A DNA stretch of 22,104 bases. Source: a candidate division WOR-3 bacterium (lineage in GTDB: Bacteria > Hydrothermota > Tepidihabitantia > Tepidihabitantales > Tepidihabitantaceae). The notes below the pieces were generated by a model that was not told the DNA's origin, searched no databases, and worked only from the letters and a program-made list of their open reading frames with translations. The DNA is taken from the NCBI GenBank assembly GCA_965648905.1, contig CBFGIT010000039.1:1-22104 (forward strand), read 5' to 3'. A program made the position numbers and the translations under genes. Of the stretch, positions 16,084 to 22,104 are shown one piece after another (within the stretch, counting starts at the first letter, position 1; each line of letters starts with the position of its first letter).

Positions 16084-17825
16084 CGGGCCTCAAGCGGCAT
16101 GAGCCGGCTGAGCGGTGTCGCGTTGTACCACGCGGCCAGACGTTCGACTTCCGCGGTCCGGCCGAGCTCAAGCAGCAGTCGGCCGCGCCGAATCACGAAA
16201 AAGCGGTATCGTTCAAGCATCGCCTGAGTGCGTGCGTCAGGCACGTGCGGCGGCACCCGCACCGTCATCGGGTCGAAGCTGAACTCCGGCACGAGCGAAT
16301 CGGTCCTGAGCTGGAACAGAAGCCCGACCGGAACCCGACGCACGCCTGAGAGCATCTGCTGCGCATCAAGGTTCGCGTCGGCATCAAAGGTCGTGTACGC
16401 GGGCCGGTCTGGATGACGGGTGACAAAGCTCTCCAGGAGCGCGATAAAACTGCGCTGGATACCGGCCGGGTCGCGCAGCCGATTATGCTCGAACTGGTCC
16501 AGCCAGGCCCGGTACTGGTCGAGCTCAGGCCGCGATGCCTCGACCAGCCACGGGTATGCGCGGCCAAGGTAATCAAGATACCATGAGCGCCGCACCAGCT
16601 CTTTGTCGATCATGCACACGTCTCTTCTCATGCCCGCGACGTTTCTCAAGTAGAAGACCGGTGAGTAGACGTCCCACCAGTCGGTGATGATCGTAGCATT
16701 CGGTTCAGCCGAGAGCAGGGTGTTGACCGCGTGGTCATAAGCGACGTAGTCATGACGCCGGCTGGCACTGGCGTAGTTCAAGACAACGGCCAGCACTCCG
16801 GCCAGCCAGAGCAGGTGCTGCCACTTCCCGATGCGTCGCGCCAGGCCGTCAAGCCCGACCGCGCCAAAGACCGCAAGCGCCAGCACACACGGCAGGTAGT
16901 ACGACTCGATATCAGGAATGCTGTAGTTGACCGCGTAGAAGAAGGCGACGGCAGCGGTGACGAGCAGCCCGACCGCAAACGCGCGTCGCTGACGCAGAAG
17001 CCGCACCATCCCATACACCACAAGCGGCACCAGCACGTACCCGAAGCTCCGGGCCAGCAGACTCGAGCCCCGTGCCGCATTACGCCCCACCTCGGCAATG
17101 GGCAGCGAGAACATCCAGACCTGATACTGCTTGCCGGTGACATGCCAGATGAATCGCTCCAGTGTCTGGGGATTGCCCCATGCGAACAACGGCCCGGCCC
17201 TTGCTCTTAAGATGAGAAACAGGTAAGGGGAAACCCCGAGGAGAAACGCGCCGAACATGGCCGGCAGCCAGGGCATCAACCTGCGCCGCAGAACTAGAAA
17301 GACGCAGAGTCCGGCACCGAAGACCACACTGACCACGGACATGTGATTGGTCAGGGCAAGCCCGGAGATGTACCCGAACCAGACCAGTCCTCCGGATGCT
17401 GCTGAGGCCGTTCTTTCGGCTGCCAGCCACACCAGGACCGCGAGTACTAGGGTCAGGCTGTAGACCTCAACATCAACTGCGACTGCCCAGACTGGAAACG
17501 AGAACGCCAGGGCAAGTGCGCTTGCGCCTGCAGCAGTCACCGACACGCCCAGTTGCAGGACCAGAAAAAGAAAGAGCCCGACACCAGCCGCAGCCAGCAC
17601 TGCACTCAGCACTGCTACCCGGTTTACAACCTCGCCCAGCGGAACAAGGGTTGCCAGCCGGCCGAGCATCGTGTACAGCGGATAACCGGTTGGATGCAGG
17701 ATATTCAGCATCCAGCACCCGGCGGCCAGCTCGCCCGAGTCAATCAGGCCCACGGTCGGCGAAAGCGTGTACAGATAGACCGCGAATGCTGCGGGCACAA
17801 CGAGCCAGACCAGCCGACGGGTCAC
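16080..17825 (-). CDS. DUF2723/TMEM260-like membrane glycosyltransferase (GT-C type)
   Basis: TLSPTVGLIDSGEL...ILHPTGYPLY, VEVYSL, GLALTNH, WGNP motifs; multiple TM helices. Confidence 0.82.
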   Translation of the reverse strand: MTRRLVWLVVPAAFAVYLYTLSPTVGLIDSGELAAGCWMLNILHPTGYPLYTMLGRLATLVPLGEVVNRVAVLSAVLAAAGVGLFLFLVLQLGVSVTAAGASALALAFSFPVWAVAVDVEVYSLTLVLAVLVWLAAERTASAASGGLVWFGYISGLALTNHMSVVSVVFGAGLCVFLVLRRRLMPWLPAMFGAFLLGVSPYLFLILRARAGPLFAWGNPQTLERFIWHVTGKQYQVWMFSLPIAEVGRNAARGSSLLARSFGYVLVPLVVYGMVRLLRQRRAFAVGLLVTAAVAFFYAVNYSIPDIESYYLPCVLALAVFGAVGLDGLARRIGKWQHLLWLAGVLAVVLNYASASRRHDYVAYDHAVNTLLSAEPNATIITDWWDVYSPVFYLRNVAGMRRDVCMIDKELVRRSWYLDYLGRAYPWLVEASRPELDQYRAWLDQFEHNRLRDPAGIQRSFIALLESFVTRHPDRPAYTTFDADANLDAQQMLSGVRRVPVGLLFQLRTDSLVPEFSFDPMTVRVPPHVPDARTQAMLERYRFFVIRRGRLLLELGRTAEVERLAAWYNATPLSRLMPLEAR

Positions 17826-17840
17826 TGGCAGGCCCCAAAG

Positions 17841-17882
17841 GCGAATGCGGAAACCAGAATGCAGAATGCAGAAGTCAGAATC
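17841..17882 (+). repeat. Heptamer tandem array (CAGAATG consensus on + strand), downstream flank of the four-helix-bundle gene
   Basis: gcgaatg cggaaac cagaatg cagaatg cagaagt cagaatc. Confidence 0.85.
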
Positions 17883-18270
17883 ACTTCGACCGCGACTTGG
17901 CCGTGCGTATCGACGCGACGCATATCCTTACGAGTTCATCCGCCTCACGTGAGAGTGAATCGCCGTCGGCCAAGGGGACACCGGAACGGGCATCGAGTGA
18001 CAACCAGTACAGGCTCTCGCGCAACTCTTTGAGCACAACCTGCATCTTGTGAACGAAGTCGGCCCGGCTCTCCGCGGCACACGCCTCCTGGTAGTTGGCG
18101 CCGGCAGATGCCGCCGAGCGCATGAGCTGCCCGGCGAAGTACCTGCTGGCCGCAGTGCGGCCCATCTTGCTTGTGCCGACAACCACCTTGGTCGCAAAGG
18201 CCAGCAACCGCTCACCCAAGTCTTTCGCTCCACCTCCGGCACGGGCCCTTCTGCATTCACTATTCTGCAT
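17881..18270 (-). CDS. Four helix bundle protein (23S rRNA IVP / TIGR02436 family)
   Basis: DLGERLLAFA, GQLMRSAASAGANYQEA...ESRADFVHKMQVVLKELRESLYWL, EADELVRI...SIRTAK; ATG 18270 is the first ATG after the livF stop (the 18528 start overlaps livF). Confidence 0.9.
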   Translation of the reverse strand: MQNSECRRARAGGGAKDLGERLLAFATKVVVGTSKMGRTAASRYFAGQLMRSAASAGANYQEACAAESRADFVHKMQVVLKELRESLYWLSLDARSGVPLADGDSLSREADELVRICVASIRTAKSRSK

Positions 18271-18288
18271 TCTGTATTCAGCCTTCGG
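18247..18288 (-). repeat. Heptamer tandem array (CAGAATG consensus on - strand), upstream flank of the four-helix-bundle gene
   Basis: Minus strand ccgaagg ctgaata cagaatg cagaata gtgaatg cagaagg. Confidence 0.85.
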
Positions 18289-18295
18289 CCGTACG

Positions 18296-19000
18296 CTACT
18301 CTCCCAGATACGCGGCCTTGACCTTGGGGTCTTCGCGCAACTCTGCGGCCGGGCCGGAAAAGACCACTCTGCCGGTCTCAAGCACATAGGCCCGGTGGGC
18401 AACCTGTAGAGCCATGAACGCGTTCTGCTCAACCAGAAGAATCGCGGTGCCCTGACGGTTGATTTCCCGGATGATGGCGAATATCTCGCGCACAAGAATC
18501 GGCGAAAGACCCATCGACGGCTCGTCAAGCATCAGCAGCCTGGGACGGGCCATCAGACCCCGGCCCATCGCGAGCATCTGCTGCTCGCCGCCGGACAGAG
18601 TGCCGGCAGTCTGGTTCAGCCGCTCCTTGAGCCGGGGGAAAGACTGGAACACCCGTTCCATGGCCGCGGCGATTTCGCCTTTGTGCCGGGTGAATGCACC
18701 GAGCAGGAGATTCTCCCGCACCGACAGCAGAGCGAACGGCTGCCTGCCTTCAGGCACGTGGGCGATGCCCAACTGCGCGACCTTGTGTCCGCTCAGGCCG
18801 TCGATGCGGGAATTGCCCAGGAACACTTCGCCGGCCGAAGGCCTCGTGAGTCCGGACACCGTGCGCAGGGTTGTGCTCTTGCCCGCACCGTTCGCACCGA
18901 TGAGTGTCACGACCTCGCCCTCGTTCACCTCGAACGAGATGCCGTGCAGCGCCCGTATCGCGCCATAGTCAACGACAAGGTTCTGCACCCTCAGCAGCAC
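18296..19000 (-). CDS. livF: Branched-chain amino acid ABC transporter ATP-binding protein
   Basis: GANGAGKST, HVPEGR, LSGGEQQMLAMGR, LDEPSMGLSP, LLVEQNA, AYLG; SD GGAG. Confidence 0.93.
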   Translation of the reverse strand: MLLRVQNLVVDYGAIRALHGISFEVNEGEVVTLIGANGAGKSTTLRTVSGLTRPSAGEVFLGNSRIDGLSGHKVAQLGIAHVPEGRQPFALLSVRENLLLGAFTRHKGEIAAAMERVFQSFPRLKERLNQTAGTLSGGEQQMLAMGRGLMARPRLLMLDEPSMGLSPILVREIFAIIREINRQGTAILLVEQNAFMALQVAHRAYVLETGRVVFSGPAAELREDPKVKAAYLGE

Positions 19001-19042
19001 ATCAGTCTCCGTGCTCTACTTCTGTCTTCACCCTAATCCGCA

Positions 19043-19915
19043 CTACTCCGCCTTGCCCAGGTACGCTTCGATAACTTTCGGGTCGGCCTGCACGGTCTCA
19101 GGTGCACCTTCGGCAATGAGCATGCCGAAGTCCATAACCATCACCCGCTGGCACACACCCATCACCACTTTCATCTGATGTTCAATCAGCAGCACGGTCA
19201 GCTTGAACTGGTCGTGGATGAAGTGAATCAACTCCATGAGCTGACCGACCTCAAACGGGTTCATGCCTGCAGCCGGCTCATCGAGAAGCAGCAGCCTGGG
19301 CCCGGCCACAAGCGCCCGAGCAATCTCGACCCGGCGCTGCTCGCCATAGGGCAGGTTGCGGGCCAGTTCGTGCTTCCGGCCCTCAAGGCCGAGCATCGAA
19401 AGCAGTTCCAGGGCCCGGTCGGCAACGCGCCGCTCTTCCTGATAGAACACCGGGCTGCGCAAGACCGATGCCAGAAGCCCGGCTTCGCCCTTGTGATGGT
19501 ACGCCACGCGCACGTTGTCGAGCACGGACAGCTCCTTGAACAGTCTGATGTTCTGGAACGTCCGGGCAATGCCGCGCTGATAGATGAGATAGGGCTTCAT
19601 CCCGCCGATTTCAGCGCCGCAGAATCGTATCGAACCCGCGGTCGGAACGTACATGCCGGTGATGAGGTTGAAGACCGTGGTCTTGCCCGCGCCGTTCGGT
19701 CCGATAAGACCAACCAGGTCGTGCTCGTGCAGGACCATGTTGAAGTCCCGCACCGCCTGCAACCCGCCGAACGACTTACCCAGGCCTCGAGTTTCCAGCA
19801 GCACGCTGTGCGGTCCCTCGTCACTGCGCCCCGACCGCGCTTGCGGAGCCCGTGCCCTGCATTCTGCCTTCTGCATTCTGCACTCTGGCTTCTGCATTCG
19901 CTCCTGGTCTTTCAT
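19043..19915 (-). CDS. livG: Branched-chain amino acid ABC transporter ATP-binding protein (alternative start GTG 19804)
   Basis: GPNGAGKTT, IARTFQNIRLF, LPYGEQRRVEIARAL, LLDEPAAG, DPKVIEAYLG. Confidence 0.93.
   Translation of the reverse strand: MKDQERMQKPECRMQKAECRARAPQARSGRSDEGPHSVLLETRGLGKSFGGLQAVRDFNMVLHEHDLVGLIGPNGAGKTTVFNLITGMYVPTAGSIRFCGAEIGGMKPYLIYQRGIARTFQNIRLFKELSVLDNVRVAYHHKGEAGLLASVLRSPVFYQEERRVADRALELLSMLGLEGRKHELARNLPYGEQRRVEIARALVAGPRLLLLDEPAAGMNPFEVGQLMELIHFIHDQFKLTVLLIEHQMKVVMGVCQRVMVMDFGMLIAEGAPETVQADPKVIEAYLGKAE
19853..19901 (-). repeat. Heptamer tandem array (7 units) at the livM/livG junction
   Basis: Minus strand gcgaatg cagaagc cagagtg cagaatg cagaagg cagaatg cagggca. 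Confidence 0.85.
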
Positions 19916-20892
19916 CTGCGATACTCTCTGGGCTTCAGGAACCGGAACTCGGTGCCGCCGAAAACCCCGCCCGGCCGGAAGAGCATGAAGATGATAAGGA
20001 GCAGCGGGTAGATAACCCAGCGCCAGTCCTGAACTGCGGGCGGCAAGAGCACGCGCAAACCCTCAAGCAGGAACGTCCAGGCGACCGCAGCCACGAGCGT
20101 GCCTGAGATACTGCCGAGCCCGCCCAAGACAACAATCAGCAGGACGTCAATCGACTTGAGGAAGTCAAAGTTCGAGGGATGCAGGAACGTGTACAGGTGC
20201 GCGTACAGACCGCCGGCCAGCCCGGCATACATGCAGCCGATAACAAATCCGAGTGTCTTGTACCTGGTGGTGTTGATGCCGACTGCCTCGGCAGCCAGCT
20301 CGTCCTCGCGCACCGAGACCAGAGCCCTTCCGACACCGGAGAAGACCAGATTGCGCAGGACCACGACCGCGCCCAGTGCCAGAAAGAACACCCAGACCCA
20401 GTTGGTCATCTTCGGAATCGCACTCATACCCCGTGACCCGCCCATCATCGGCAGGACCGCATCCGAGTTATCGAACAACACCTTGACGATGATTCCGAAC
20501 CCGAGCGTGGCAATGCCCAGGTAGTCGGACTTAAGCCGAAGAATCGGCAACCCGATGAGAAGGGCAACCACGCCGGCCAGCACCGTGCCGGCGCAGAGCC
20601 CGAGCGCCAGTATCCACGGTCCGCCGCCACCCAGGCTTCGGGTGATGAGCGCCGAAGTGTACGCGCCCAGTCCGTAGAACGCGGCATGGCCAAGCGAGAA
20701 CTGACCGGTGTACCCGTAAATCAGATTCAGACCCAGCGCCGAAACCGCCATGATACCGGCCAGACAGAGAATCTGCTGCCAGTACGGATTGAGCACGCCG
20801 GTCAGGGCAAGAACCTGCACAACCACAAATCCAGCCAGCGCGACCAGCAGTGCCATGATACTCGCGTCCGGTCTCGTCCTGGTCATTCGCAC
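19912..20892 (-). CDS. livM: Branched-chain amino acid ABC transporter permease (exact start uncertain)
   Basis: GLNLIYGYTGQFSLGHAAF, LRLKSDYLGIATLGF, VREDELAAEAVGIN, VVLGGLGS. Confidence 0.93.
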   Translation of the reverse strand: MRMTRTRPDASIMALLVALAGFVVVQVLALTGVLNPYWQQILCLAGIMAVSALGLNLIYGYTGQFSLGHAAFYGLGAYTSALITRSLGGGGPWILALGLCAGTVLAGVVALLIGLPILRLKSDYLGIATLGFGIIVKVLFDNSDAVLPMMGGSRGMSAIPKMTNWVWVFFLALGAVVVLRNLVFSGVGRALVSVREDELAAEAVGINTTRYKTLGFVIGCMYAGLAGGLYAHLYTFLHPSNFDFLKSIDVLLIVVLGGLGSISGTLVAAVAWTFLLEGLRVLLPPAVQDWRWVIYPLLLIIFMLFRPGGVFGGTEFRFLKPREYRR

Positions 20893-20941
20893 TCCGGCTC
20901 CGGGTATTCAATCTGCATTCTGACTTGTCCTCGCTGGCGCA

Positions 20942-21826
20942 TCACACTTTTTCCCGCGCCGGCCGGCCCAGAATCCCGGCTGGTCGGACCAGTAACACAA
21001 CAATCAGAATCCCGAACGCGACCGCATCGCGCAGGGTCGAGGAGACATAGGCCGAGGTGAAAGTCTCGACCGTGCCCATGATTACCGCGCCGAGCATTGC
21101 GCCGGGAATCACGCCGATGCCGCCCAGCACCGCAGCAACAAACGCCTTCAGCCCCGGCATCACGCCCATGAACGGGTGAATCTGCGGATAGGCGATGCCG
21201 TAGAGCACGCCGCCGGCTCCGGCCAGAGCCGAGCCCACACCGAACGTAACTGAGATTATCAGGTCAACGTTGATACCCATGAGCCGGGCTGTGTCCTTGT
21301 CATAGGAAACCGCACGCATTGCCATGCCGGTCTTGGTCTTGTTGACAAAGAAGGTCAGGGCGAGCATCAATAGAATCGCCACACCGAACACGATAATCTG
21401 GATGTTTGAGATGTTCACGCCGCCGACATCGAAACTGCGCACGGCAAACGGCCGCGGATAAGCCCGGTAGTCCGGCCCGAAAACGAACTTCAGGCTGGTG
21501 AAATACTCAAGGAACAGAGACACGCCCATCGCGGTGATGAGCGCGGAAATGCGCGGGGCATTGCGCAGCGGCTTGTACGCCACCCGCTCGATGAAGATGC
21601 CCAGAGCGGCGCAGCCGACCATCGCCGCAACGAGCGCCAGCGGCAGGGGCAGATGCCAGCTTGCCAGGGCAAAGAACCCGAGATAGGTCCCGACCATGAA
21701 CACGTCGCCGTGGGCGAAGTTGATGAGCCGCACAATGCCGTAGACCATGGTGTAGCCCAGGGCGATGAGCGCATAGACGAACCCGAGCTGCAGGCCGTTG
21801 ATGAGCTGCTGAAGAAAGTACGACAC
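20942..21826 (-). CDS. livH: Branched-chain amino acid ABC transporter permease
   Basis: QQLINGL, YALIALGYTMVYG, INFAHGD, GMAMRAVS, GLKAFVAAVLGGIG. Confidence 0.95.
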   Translation of the reverse strand: MSYFLQQLINGLQLGFVYALIALGYTMVYGIVRLINFAHGDVFMVGTYLGFFALASWHLPLPLALVAAMVGCAALGIFIERVAYKPLRNAPRISALITAMGVSLFLEYFTSLKFVFGPDYRAYPRPFAVRSFDVGGVNISNIQIIVFGVAILLMLALTFFVNKTKTGMAMRAVSYDKDTARLMGINVDLIISVTFGVGSALAGAGGVLYGIAYPQIHPFMGVMPGLKAFVAAVLGGIGVIPGAMLGAVIMGTVETFTSAYVSSTLRDAVAFGILIVVLLVRPAGILGRPAREKV

Positions 21827-22017
21827 GCGGCCCGATAGCTAACCCAAAACCGCGCCCAAGTCAAGCACGACCGAGGCTCGGGCCCGGACAACTGTCATGG
21901 CCGCGATGGCTGAAGAAGATGGACGGCATTGACAACAGCCGGGCCGACGACCTCGGCCCGCGTCGACAATTCCGTATTGTGAGTGCTATATGATTATGCC
22001 GATGCCGGAAGCCGAGC

Positions 22018-22045
22018 TTGACAGGAAAGCTGTCCCGCTTTCAAT
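22018..22045 (+). promoter_or_regulatory. Putative promoter for the divergent gene, overlapped by inverted repeat GACAG-N5-CTGTC
   Basis: TTGACA 22018-22023, 16-nt spacer, TTCAAT 22040-22045. Confidence 0.4.
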
Positions 22046-22094
22046 TGGTAGTAGCAAGTGTCCGTTAATGACCTACCAACGAAAGGAGACAGCA

Positions 22095-22104
22095 ATGACT
22101 GTCG
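22095..22104 (+). CDS. 5' end of a gene running off the window (product unknown)
   Basis: SD AAGGAG 22083-22088, then ATG ACT GTC at 22095. Confidence 0.6.

Noticed and set aside
18271..18528. Long N-terminal extension of the four-helix-bundle ORF
   Set aside because: Overlaps livF in another frame; family similarity starts only after the livF stop.
17841..19901. Heptamer arrays as CRISPR or DGR components
   Set aside because: No spacers, cas genes, reverse transcriptase or TR/VR pair seen in the window.

Overview
GC-rich bacterial chromosomal window. The C-terminal sorting-domain style suggests a WOR-3/FCB-like lineage (inference only). It holds mostly housekeeping and envelope genes: two hypothetical membrane proteins, a CHR chromate transporter, a PorU/gingipain-like C25 peptidase, tRNA-Arg(CCG), a nitroreductase, rimI, a YncE/YVTN beta-propeller, a frameshifted Ycf46-like AAA ATPase, hutI and fabH. 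A minus-strand operon runs livH-livM-livG-livF, four-helix-bundle gene, DUF2723 glycosyltransferase-like gene, MFS transporter. Three observations stand out. (1) The four-helix-bundle (IVP/bAvd-like) gene is enclosed by oppositely oriented CAGAATG heptamer arrays, and related arrays sit at the upstream liv gene junctions. (2) An orphan near-consensus sigma70 promoter lies between convergent fabH and MFS and is followed by a hairpin displaying an anti-Shine-Dalgarno loop (candidate sRNA or 24-aa peptide). (3) Most genes that begin a transcription unit have a promoter-like -10 box only 6-9 nt before the start codon, suggesting widespread leaderless translation. All calls are by eye; no searches were run.
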